NCBI GenBank assembly: GCA_002269645.1
Contig: NIVC01000140.1
Coordinates: 186,001-250,000 of the forward strand
Origin: Macrostomum lignano
Taxonomy: Eukaryota
Length of the DNA stretch: 64,000 nt
Direction: 5' to 3'
Numbering within the stretch: the stretch's first letter is position 1; every line of letters starts with the position of its first letter. Shown here one piece after another: positions 48,327 through 60,986 of this stretch. A model generated the notes under the pieces. It was not told the DNA's origin. It saw nothing but the letters and a program-made list of their open reading frames with translations, and ran no database searches. Both the position numbers and the translations under genes were made by a program.

Positions 48327-49729
48327 GGAAGGACTGTTAAGCAGTTATGCTCAATTCGCTAACGCTGACCCTGAGCACGCCACTCACACACACGCATACG
48401 TTAGATCAAACTCATTGTCAGGCAGTGTAAATGGTTTGCAAATTGATGACTGAACTTCGCCACGCACCTTCCGAAACTAGAGTAGAATAGAAGAGTAGAA
48501 TAGAATATTCGAGTAGAATACCTTAGAATACCTTAAGCGCGCATTTTTATGGATATAGCAAATAAGTGATGTGCACTGAAGCTTCAAGAGATCTACTTCG
48601 CATTCAAAGGGTTCGAATCCGCATTCACAGGGAGGGGATGCAAAGAGGATAGCGCTAATTAGAGACTGGAAGCTTGCTCATAGCGGCAAGAGAAACAAAG
48701 TTGCAGACAGTTTGCCCCAGCAAAATCGCAAAGGGGCTGGACGGAAAAATCGGCCCGCTGCGATGTTTGACCGCGGAGCGTCACAAAGCTCTGCTAGACA
48801 TGCGGCGAGGATGCACAAGGAATGAAGCCGCTGGGGAACCCAGCCGGGAATTCAATACTGCGAGGGGAGAGAGAGACGGAAGGGTGGTGATGGGAGAGAA
48901 GTTCGGGAAGAGGAGACATTAATGAGTCCCCGGGGGGCTGAGCAGGATATTTGACTTCTCTTTGCAGGCTGGCAACACAGGTTCATGCTGCCCGATCAGT
49001 CTGATTTATGAGAAGATGCATGGGGGTACTGTGCAATGCCTGTCTAGAAGTTTCTCTAGCTACATGAACTGCATGGATTCATCCTTTCATGGGCAAATGG
49101 ACTTTATTAGCCTTATGTGGTCAAATGCATGGCTAATGGCAAAATTCAGTTTTTCACAAGCCTGCAATTTTGGCAGAATTTTGACATTTTCAGCAAGCGA
49201 AAGTTACACTATCCATGCTTTTCGACATTTTCCACGAAATTCTGAGTTTGTAGTTCGAATTGCGTATACTGCCTTTCAATCCGTGAATTTTCGAGATTAT
49301 TAAAGTGACCCCACTGAAGCTTCGTAGCCTAAAGAAGTTCTGCTTGAGGATTTCCTGTTAGTATTATTGGGCGCCATTCGCCTGTCTGTTTCCAGTTTTC
49401 GGCAGATCGGCTCCTCGGTGCGCAGAAGAAAGTCCAAACGCGCTCAAGTATTCATCCAAATTTGAGCATCTCGTCTCAAGTTTAAAATCGACAAGCTGTT
49501 GAAACCCGCGGATTTTGAACCCGGGGAATTCCAATACCCGGAACTAATTTTGCATGTATTCTGAAATCTAAGGCCATACACAAACAAAAACTTGTTAATA
49601 GTTAGTAGGATAGAGGTAGACATAAAATGGAGCACATTCGTGTAAAATTAGGGTTTGAGACATTGTTGGCTGGGGTACTGCGCAGAATGTCAGGCAATGT
49701 CTGTCTGACTCTAAAACATATATTGCTAA

Positions 49730-51000
<1,271 letters not shown>

Positions 51001-51527
51001 GGATTCTTTATCTGGCCTTTGAGGTAAAAGTCTGCCCATCCCTGCTTGGAAAGCCAGTTTGTGAGACGTAGTACTCTCATGGTTGTTATCATGCTTTGAT
51101 CACGTCAGTCATTTTTCTTGCAAATTTGCAGCCCTGAAAGGAATTTGGGTATCTTCAGCTCCACTGCAGTCTGCATCAGTCTAACAACCAAGGAAATACG
51201 CATTTCTTAGAAGGCCATTTAAAATTTACACGGTACCTTTAAACGAAACCTAAAATTTCCATGGTGTGCCTAATTTAGTAGGATTGTATGTATTTCATTG
51301 CATCGCATCGCCTTTTCATAAATCTTTCGCTTTTACAAACCATGCTGGTTAGTGGATTCCCTCGATTTGCCAATTGCCAATTGCCATCCACTGTTAAACT
51401 GCTGCAGAGTTTGCCAATACAGAGGGGAGGGCAGTGGTTAGAATTTCTCACTAAACTGTCATGGCTAAACGTAGCCTCTCCACTCTGGGGGTGCAGAGAA
51501 GGCTATTAAAAAGTTATTCCAAAACAC

Positions 51528-52232
51528 TGTACATTCGCTATGTACATTCAGTCCTATTGCCTGACCCTTCGTCTGGCTCTGGGGGAATGAGTGAGTGAGT
51601 GGCACAAACAACAGAAAAAGCAGACAAACTTCACATGCTTACAGTTTCTTTTTCTGTTGAGTTACAGAGTTGAAACTTTACATTTAGATAGAGAATGAGT
51701 CAATGAAGAATTGTGTCAAGTTTGAAGTCAATCGCTTTACGTGGAGAAAACTTATGGCAGCTGAAAGTTAGTCAATTTTGAAACCCTTTTACACATCTGG
51801 GCCCAGATCGGGAAAGAGAGGCAGGCGGGCGGAGGTTGGGGTGGTTGCTACGCTGAAAAAAACAGCCTAACTTTAAAAGTGCACAGCGGCTTTCAGGATT
51901 AACTTTGAGGTTTAAAATTTTACACGATTGTGTCAAAATAGTTGAAAATTGCCTGTGTCAAATTTGAAGAGAATCGGTAGAAGTGGAGCGGCGCTATGGA
52001 GGATTTAGTGAAAAAATCGCGCATTTTGAGCAGTTTTTTGTACTTTTAGGTAGGAAGACTTGAGTCTAGGAAATTAAAAGGTAGCCTAAGACATTCTCCG
52101 TAGTGAGTTTAGGGTGGGTGTAAAGTTTGGTGTAATTTGGTTGAGTGGTTTGGGAGTCCATAGCGATCAAAATTGTCCACACACAGACAGACAGACAGAC
52201 AGACAGACAGAGTTTTGATTTTTATAGTTAGA
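51528..52232 (-). mobile_element. Diverged third Helitron-like 5' module (copy Z)
   Basis: Shares ACTGTACA..GCTATGTACA.TCAG, GGGCGGAGGTTGGGGTGG, a (CAGA)n tract and a TC-TAACTATAAAA terminus with copies X and Y. The lower boundary is uncertain. Confidence 0.4.
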
Positions 52233-54605
52233 CGAGGCCAACTCCTCCTTCGGAGAAGAAAGGGGAAGAACTCCCATCACCGGAATTCCATTCCCTGAAA
52301 TATCCATCAACTGAAATTCCACGTTTTGAACCCTATCTTCCAAATCGTCTCCAAATTCTTTACAAAACTTTTCAAAGACCTTTACAAAACTTTTCTCCTC
52401 TCTCTTGACTCTCTTCTCTCTCCTCTCTCTTATCTCATCTCTACCCCTACTCCCTTATTTATCTCTTCTCCCTCGTCTTTCGTCTGTACCCTCTCCTGTC
52501 TCTTGTCCCGTCTCTTCTCTCTTATCTCTCCTTCTTCTCTCCTCTCTCATATGTCATCTCTACTCACTTATCTATCGTCTCTCTTAACCCTCTCTCTCTC
52601 ACTTCTCTTTTTTTCCTCTCCCTGCTCCTTTCATCTTCTCCCCTCTCTTCTCTAATCTCTAATCTCTTCTCTCTTATGTTCTCACTCATCTCTTCTCATC
52701 GCATCTCTCATCTCTCCTCTCCTCTCCTCACTACTTTCCTCTCTTAACTCTCTCATCTCTGATCTTTCATCTCTCTCCTCTCTCCTCTCTCTCTTCTCCT
52801 TTCGCTTCTCTCTCCTCTCTCTCCTCTCATCTCTACTACCTTATTTATATCTTCTCCCTGGTCTTTTGTCTCTACTCTCTCCTGTCTCCTGTCTCCCCTC
52901 TTTTCTCCTCTCTTCTCTCTCCTCTCTCCCCTCCTCTCTCATCTCTCATCTCCTCATCTCACTCTTTCTTTCTCCTCTACTCTCCCCTCTCTTCTATTTC
53001 CTCTGTACGCTCTTATCCCTCATCTATTCTCTCTCCTATCATCTCTCTTGTCTCTCTCTGCTATCTCATATCTCCCATCTCATCTCCTCTCTCCTCTTCT
53101 CTTCTCTCTCCTTCGTTCTCGCCTTACTCCCCTTTTCTCTCCCATCTGTCATGTCTAATCTCTCCACTCATTTCTACTCTGTTTTCTATCATCTAATCTC
53201 TCTTCTCTTTTCATTCTTCTCTTTACTCTCTTCTCTGACTGATTGAAGATGCCAAATCCATCAAGATGCTCTCCGCGAAGCAGAAATCCTGTCCGTGCAA
53301 CTGAAAACCGTCGAAATCCGCTCCGTGAAACTGGACTCCTTCGAAATCATCTCCTTGAAACTTAAATCCATCAAAATTGTCTCCATAAAACAGAACTCAA
53401 TCATAAATTATCTCCGCGAAACAGAAATCCTCTCCGTGAAGCTGAACATCATCGAAATCCTCTCCGTGAAACTGAACACCATCGAAATCCTCTCCACGAA
53501 ACAGAAATCCTCTCCGTCAAAATTAAAACATTGAAATCGTCTCCGCTAAACTGGACTCAATCGAATCTTTTCCGCCAAACAACTCAACTCTCCGGATTCA
53601 TTGGTTAGGGTTAGGGTTAGGGTTAGGGTTAGAACTACACACAGCTAGCTTCGTGTTAAAAGGCACTGATGAAAATATTGAACTAATTGAATCAATTCAT
53701 TGCGCAACCGATTTCACAGTCAGTCAGTCAGTCAGTATCAGTCTCAGTTAAAGTTAGCAAAAACATTGCGCAATCTAAATCAACCCTCCAATACACAGCA
53801 GCAGTGAGAAGTTGAACCCTCCCCCAACTTTATCTATTACGTCTCGCAAAACTGAGTACAATCTTTGCAGAAAGTTAAAAGTATGGAAATAGTTTTTCAA
53901 ATGCTGTGCTTTTTCTTTTCATATTTAAAGCAAACAATTTATATCCCCGAACTCAGCGTTGCAAGATCTTTCCAGCAATATAAGTCTCTCCTCTCAAAGT
54001 TTAAAACTCGAGGAACAGTTAGCGTTTGAAATTTACCGATTTCCCGACTGCTTGCTAGAGAAGCTCGCAATTCATTGAATTTCACTGCCAAACTAATACA
54101 CAGGGCTGCCTATGGAGAAAAAAGGCGCCAATAATAAAACCAATTGAATCTCGACACAGTCCTGACTCCTATCTATCTGTTTACACTGTACAACTGCTAT
54201 GTACACTCAGCCCAAGCCCAACCCCCCGTTCTGGGGGGAAGCATTAAATTTAACTGAACCCCCCAACACGCGGGGGGGGTTTATTTCCACTCGCACCAAC
54301 CACCCCTCAATACACAGCGGCCCGCGGGCGGAGGTTGGGGTGGCTATTTTTACAAACTGGCTTCAGCCCCAGGCAGAGTAGCCAAAGAAGGTTATTGGGG
54401 GTTAAAAAAGCAGTTTTCTGCTTTTTTAGGGACGTTAAAATGTGAAAATTAAAAATTAAAATAGCCTAAAGCCTGCTCCGGAAAATTTGCAGTTTTCCCA
54501 TATAAGTTTCGACGTTGACTTGGCAGAATTGTAGGAGTTCACTTGCTACATACAGACAGACAGACATACAGACAGACAAACATCGCGTCGGTTTTAGTAT
54601 TAGGA
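52233..54605 (-). mobile_element. Non-autonomous Helitron-like element, copy X of a head-to-tail array
   Basis: On the minus strand: 5' TC-CTAATACTAAAA followed by (CTGT)n, and a 3' CTCG preceded by a hairpin (plus strand 52242-52258). Internal CT-rich tract, GAAATCCTCTCC repeats and (TTAGGG)4. Confidence 0.55.
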
Positions 54606-56507
54606 CGAGGCCAACTCCTCCTCTGGAGGAGAAAGGGGAAGAACTCCCATCACCGGAATTCCATTCCCTGAAATCCATCAGCTGAAATTCCATGACTTGA
54701 ATCCCATCTTCCAAATCATCTCCAAATCCTCTGTAAAGCCTTTCAAATACCATATCTTGTTTTCCCTGTTCGCAAAAACTGACTGCCATTGTCCAGACTC
54801 AGATTCTTCTGTCTCCTCTCTTCTCTTTTCTCTCCTCTCACGTCTCTCATCTCTACCAACTTATTTATCTCTTCTCCCTCGTCTTTCGTCTTTCTCTCCT
54901 GTCTCCTTTATCCCCTGTTTTCTTCTCTCTCCTCTCTTCTCTCCTCTCTCATCTCACATCCCTCATGCCTCATCTCACTATTTCTTTCTCCTCTACTCTC
55001 AGCTCCTCTCTTTTCTCTCCTCTCATCTCTCCTGTCTCCCTCTGCTATCTCATATCTTCCCTCTCATCTCCTCTCTCCTCTTTTCTTCTCTCTCCCTCTT
55101 CGTTCCCGCCTTACTCCCCTCTTCTCTCCCATCTGTCATGTCTAATCTGTCCTCTCTCATCTCTACTCTCTTTTCTATAATCTCTTCTCTCTTCTCTTTT
55201 CACTCTTGTCTTTACTCTCTTTACTGACTGACTGAAGATACCAAAATCCCTCCGTGAAACAGAAATCCTCTCCGCGAAACAGAAATCCTCTCCGCGAAAC
55301 AGAAATCCTCTCCGCGAAACAGAAATCCTCTCCGCGAAACAGAAATCCTCTCCGCGAAACAGAAATCCTCTCCGTAAAACTGGGCTCCATGGAAATCCTC
55401 TGAGTGAAACTGACATCCATCAAAATCGTCTCCGTAAAACAGAAATACATCTAGATTCTCTCCACGAAAAAGAAATCCTCTCCGTGAAACCGAAAACCAT
55501 CAGAATACTCCGTGAAACTGGACTCAATCGAAATTTTCTCTGTCAAAAAGAACTTAACTCTTAGTTCATTGGTTAGGGTTAGGGTTAGAGCTGCCCAGAG
55601 CTGCGTGTTGAATTAATTGAATCAATTAATTGCGCAAACCATTTCTCAGTCAGACAGTATCAGTCTTATTTAAAGTTAAATAAACGGTTGCGCAATCTAA
55701 ATCAACCCTCCAATACGCAGCGGCAGACCCCCTTCCAATACGCCCAACTTTATCTATTACGTCTCGCAAAACTGAGTACAATTTTTGCAGAAAGTTAAAA
55801 GTATGGAAATAGTTTTTTAAATGCTGTGCTTTTTCTTTTCATATTTAAAGCATACAACTTATATCCCCGAACTCAGCGTTGCAAGATCTTTCCAGCAATA
55901 TAAGTCTCTCCTCTCAAAGTTTAAAACTCGAGGAACAGTTAGCGTTTGAAATTTACCGATTTCCCGACTGCTTGCTAGAGAAGCTCGCAAGTTTATTCAT
56001 TGAATTTCACTGCCAAACTAATACACAGGGCTGCCAATAATAAAACCAAATGAATCTCGACACAGTCTATCTATTTACACTGTACAACTGCTATGTACAC
56101 TCAGCCCAAGCCCAACCCCCGTTCTGGGGGAATCATTAAATTTAACTCAACCCCCCAACAGGCGGGGGTTTTATTTGCATTGAACCCAGAACACGCGCAC
56201 CCACCACCCCTCAATACACAGCGGCCCGCGGGCGGAGGTTGGGGTGGCTATTTTTACAAACTGGCTGCAGCCCCAGTCAGAGTGGCCAAAGAAGGTTATT
56301 GGGGGTTAAAAAAGCAGTTTTCTGCTTTTTTAGGGATGTTAAAATGTGAAAATTAAAAATTAAAATAGCCTAAAGCCTGCTCCGGAAAATTTGCAGTTTT
56401 CCCATATAAGTTTCGACGCTGACTTGGCAGTATTGTAGGAGTTCACTTGCTACATACAGACAGACAGACAGACAGACAAACATCGCAGCAGTTTTAGTAT
56501 TAGGAGA
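54606..56507 (-). mobile_element. Non-autonomous Helitron-like element, copy Y (tandem duplicate of copy X)
   Basis: Collinear with 52233-54605; for example 55747-56500 matches 53826-54600. Perfect 7-bp hairpin CTCCTCC-TCT-GGAGGAG at 54615-54631. The 5' end reads A|TC on the minus strand at 56507. Confidence 0.55.
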
Positions 56508-56625
56508 TCGTCAATGCGATCAGCCCCACCTGAAAGAGCGAGTCCGAAATAATTTTCATTGGTACGTGGCTAGAAGTGTCTTCCAACAATTTCGCTTGTA
56601 CGAGTTTGCTTCAGCCAGGGACTAC

Positions 56626-57351
56626 TGTTGTGCCCGGGTGCACTTGCACCAATGAGCAATCTCTGGCTCTCGGTCAAAGTGTGCCCGGCTCTGTACTCCC
56701 ACCCCCCGGCCGCGTGCCTGCGCCAACCCCCCCTTTTCTGTTTGCGTCAGCCCCCCCCCATTTCTGACTGCGCTAAACCCCCCCCCCAGTTGTGTATCAG
56801 CCCTTTCTCTGCCCCCTTCTCTTATTATGCGTACCCAGCCGGATTGGCTGGCCTGGCCCCTCTCTCCCCCTTTTTGTTAGCACTTGTCAATTCCCTTGTC
56901 CCTTGTCAATTGGTGATTGGCCATCAAGTTGGTTGTTGATAATGCTGTCTGGCGTGAGACCCTAGGGCTTACGCCAGGCAGCCTAAATAAATAGAGAATT
57001 GCTGGCGGTGGGCAGGGTGAGCGTGTGCCCGTTGACACCTGACACTAGACTCTACATAATCAACAAACTTCAATATCGAAATCTCAATACTACTAATTGA
57101 CGAACTCGCTGCCTTGCTCACCGCCGTGCCGATTGGAAGTCAAAGTAAGACTCACGTCTGTGTTCATTAATCATTTGGGTCTCGAGCAAAGTGGGTACCG
57201 TATGCTCTAGGGACGGACTGACTGCCTTACCTCGACGCGATCCCACGCTCAGTAGCGGAGTCAGTCCGGTCAGTGGGCTGACGCCATCTCCAGGCTCGTT
57301 CGCTGCACAACAATCTTAGGGAGCTGTTTGATCACGTGTAGTGACACAACA
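56626..57351. mobile_element. Solo LTR (726 bp), TGTTGTG...CACAACA, 4-bp TSD CTAC
   Basis: 7-bp terminal inverted repeat with TG...CA ends; CTAC at 56622-56625 and 57352-57355. Confidence 0.8.
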
Positions 57352-57688
57352 CTACTTAAAAAATTAGCTGTTTGGGTAGTCCCTGATGGTTTGCTCGTGT
57401 TTTGGATATCGAATCGTATACACATCTAAATATTGTACCCGGACAGCATTTTGCGGCACAGAGCTCCAGCAGGGTGAGATTCAGTCGTCCTTGGTGAGCG
57501 CGCGCAATTTATACCTGTCTGTCTGAGATTGAAATTGCACGCGCGCCCATATTCCTACAGCATCCCTACAAAAAAACTGATCCCATTGCATCTGCATTCA
57601 AGTTGCACTATGCTTAATCATTAGGCATAGCTGCGGGTACTTAAGGTTCATGGATGTAATTATGAGTGTAACATACATGAAAGACTAT

Positions 57689-58425
57689 TGTTGTGCCCGG
57701 GTATATTTGCACCGATGAGCAATCTCTGACTCTCGGTCAAGTGTGCCAGGCACTGCACTCCTACCCCTCCCGGCCGCGTGCCTGCGTCAACCCCCTCCCC
57801 ATTCTGTCTGCGTCAGACCCCCCCCCCAGCTGCACCCACCCCACACTGTCTGTATGGGCCAGCCGGTTTTGGCTGGCTGCGCCCCAGTGCGCCCCTCACT
57901 CGCCCTGCGATTGACTGGCGGTCCAGCCAATCGGTTTGTGTACTCTCTCTCCTCCAATCGCGACCCCGGCGCGCTTTGTAACTGTTAAGACTCGTAATTT
58001 TGGCTAGCTGGGCTGGGGTAGCGATACCACAGGGCACAACCAGCTAGCGTAAATATAACTGTATGCAGGAGCGGCGGTAGGGGAGGCCACCCTTTCGTGT
58101 CGATCTATACGCAGCTACAAGCTCTATTACAACCAAAACTAAACTTACTCAGAAGCCAGTCTTTACTCAGAACTTTCGCCAGAAGTTGAGAGAAACCACC
58201 CCTGCCGTCGCCATCACTGTTGCGTGAAGATAGGAGAGTGAGTCGGGCCTGTCTTTCTCATTTGAGGGACTGGCTGGGTTTAATTTGTGCCGTAGGGACG
58301 GGCTGATTAAGTCTCCTGACGCGATCCCCACGCTTAGAGTCCGAAGTCAGTCCGGCCAGTTGACTGACGCCATCTTCGGGCTCGTTCACTGACGAGATAG
58401 AGTTGCGATCCAGTTTATCACAACA
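57689..58425. mobile_element. Solo LTR (737 bp), related family, 4-bp TSD CTAT
   Basis: TGTTGTGCCCGGG start, CACAACA end, CTAT at 57685-57688 and 58426-58429. Similar to the first LTR at both ends and divergent internally. Confidence 0.8.
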
Positions 58426-60080
58426 CTATGTAAATGTTGTCACTCTTAAAAACGGTCCATGTTCTGCTTCCAAAAATCTGAATTTATTATATAATTCCTA
58501 AATTAACTCATTTAAAACCTTTAGCAAAAACTGCACATGAACAAATTTGCCAAGAGAGATTAAAAAGTAGTGCATCCTATCTACGAGCGCATAGACATAA
58601 ATACATTTGAAGTAAATTTTAGCATTGCAGGTACGGTCTGTAGAAACACATAATTGTATAAATTTCCCGGATAAATATTTAGCAAAAATAGCTAAGTTGA
58701 CAAATTCCGGCCTAGAACATTCTGGCTTCCGAAAATTTCTGGCTTCCGGAATGTTCCATGAAAAAACTATGAATATATAGAATATAAAGGTACCCGCAAC
58801 CGCAATCTATTAACAGTTGCACCCTTGCGTTCTATCTTGCTGTAGATTTTATTAATGATATACTCTAGAACCACCACCTCACGCCTCATCTATTTAACAC
58901 CGCTGCAAATTAGGTTATAACAGTAGTATATAAGCAAGGGCATGTGCCTGCAGAGAACATATATGTATACAAATGTACGTGGAGAAAATGCAAGAAATAA
59001 AAGAAATATATATAAGAAAGACTTATATATAATCTAAATAATAATAGGCCATATAAGGGTAATTGGACGCAAATAATTTCAGTTAAAAGATTTCTATCGC
59101 GTGTCGTTTCAACTCTAGGAAGGTAGCTGTGTGCTTTTTTGTCGTAATGCATTATGACAAGTGACGCTTCATTTTAGCAACTAATAAAAACAAGTTTCAT
59201 GCATTTATCGTACCATTAACTATTTTCTATGATACCTATTAGGTCAAAAAATCAGTTGGGGCAAGAAAACTAGTTTATCTATTATGATATGCTAATTCTA
59301 AAGAATCATTTTTAAATGGTCTAAAAAATTTATCCTCGCCGGCCGCGATCATTGAATAAACTTAATTTATATGTACGCCCAGATTGTCGGACAAGAAAAC
59401 CCACTTTTACAAGCTATATGAATTTAACGTCTGATTCCTTAGTAAAAAACCAGTTAAAGATAACTAGCTATCCAGTTTTCTCACAGATCAAGCTTTAATC
59501 ATATATGTTCTTTTAAATATACTGTTTCTATTAAAGTATTGGATTTTTATATTATCGTAGGTTTATTAAAATATTTAAAAATAATTTCGTTTCTGGATAT
59601 AATATTTAAAAAAGTAATTATAAATAATTATAAATAAATATTTTATAAGAAATGAGTTAAAATTAAAGAAGCAATTTTCTTGTAGTAGGATCATTTTTTA
59701 TATAATTGTACATGTATATGAATATATAGATATTTATTTTTATTTAGGTCTTTCTACCTATTCCATTTTCAGGTAACAAGAGTTTAGATTACAATCGTTT
59801 TCAAGACACGAGTTGTATTGGCTATTACTACCTAGTTAAGTTCGAATCAATGTTTTATGTTTAGAACATTTTATTATACTATGTCTTTAGTAAGTAATTA
59901 TTAAACTAAATTTTTATTACCCACTGATCCATTTTTGCTTTCTAGAATTACTAATGGAATTAATATAAAGAATTTTTATATAATAATGTGTAAATATTTA
60001 CAATCCATTTTTATGAATTTTGGCCATATAAGACACTATAAAGTAGTAGATTTGGTAATCTTTTTACCTGACTGTAAATT

Positions 60081-60332
60081 CCAAAAACATTTTTTAAAAT
60101 GAGAAAGTTGAAGCAAGCAGAGTCAGATAGCTAGTAGTCACTTAAGTCACATAGCAATTATTATCCTTTATCATATCCCTTATTTATTGTTACGAATAAA
60201 ATCAGAAGTCAGAACTTCATCTACTGGGTTTGGCACTATTACCTATGCTAACTTATGGCTACATGACTTAAGTGACTACCAACTATCTGACTGATTGTTT
60301 TGACTTTCTCATTTAAAAAAATGTGTTTTTGG
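60081..60332. mobile_element. MITE-like foldback with about 80-bp imperfect terminal inverted repeats
   Basis: Left arm CCAAAAACATTTTTTAAAATGAGAAAG..AGTCAGATAG..GTAGTCACTTAAGTCA is mirrored by right arm TGACTTAAGTGACTAC..CTATCTGACT..CTTTCTCATTTAAAAAAATGTGTTTTTGG. Confidence 0.55.
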
Positions 60333-60986
60333 GATGTCTGGTCTGGTAAAGAAAGATAAGCACAAATTCTACAAAAAATGCATTGAATACATATATATGC
60401 ACAATCATATCCTATATACTTAAAATGAGTTTTCCATAGGTAGGTAGGTATATGATTGATTTTAGCAAAAATTGCTTAACCAATTTAGAATAAACTATTA
60501 TTCTAGTCATTTCTTTTTTTGAAACCATTGTGTTGTGCAAGTTTTGTGACGTGTTGTGTGAACTTAAATTGGATGTATCAAGTATGGTATCTGCGGCTTC
60601 ACTGCCATCTTTTCACTTTAGCGCTGGGTTGCTGTTTTCACAGCTTCTTTAAGTGTTGCAGGCTGAGGTGGCGTGCCAGCACACGGATGCGCCTTCAGCT
60701 GGGCAGAGCCTCACACTACACCATCACAAAACAGCGTAACCCAGCGAAGTTTTCTGTTCATGCACACACCAAGAATTAAGAGAAGTCCTTTGGCTTGTTC
60801 CCACCGCCATCATATGAGCCATCAAATTACACGACTAAAGTACATGGCACCTTTGATGTTGGTGCGACTAATCCTTTATGAATTTTTTCTTTCCATGCAA
60901 AAAGTTTAGCCAACCAGTCAGTTGCTGTCTGCACTGGATCCATCTACTCGAAAACAGAATATCAGCCGCTCCATCAATTCCAGCCC

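Noticed and set aside
48605-48625. tRNA suggested by GGTTCGAATCC
   Set aside because: No cloverleaf: the T-stem does not pair and I found no acceptor, D or anticodon arms.
53605-53632. Chromosome end or fusion site
   Set aside because: Only 2-4 TTAGGG units, single orientation, inside a duplicated element.
56626-58425. One LTR element or TRIM with two LTRs around a 337-bp interior
   Set aside because: Each LTR has its own TSD, they are internally divergent, and no primer-binding site follows the first.
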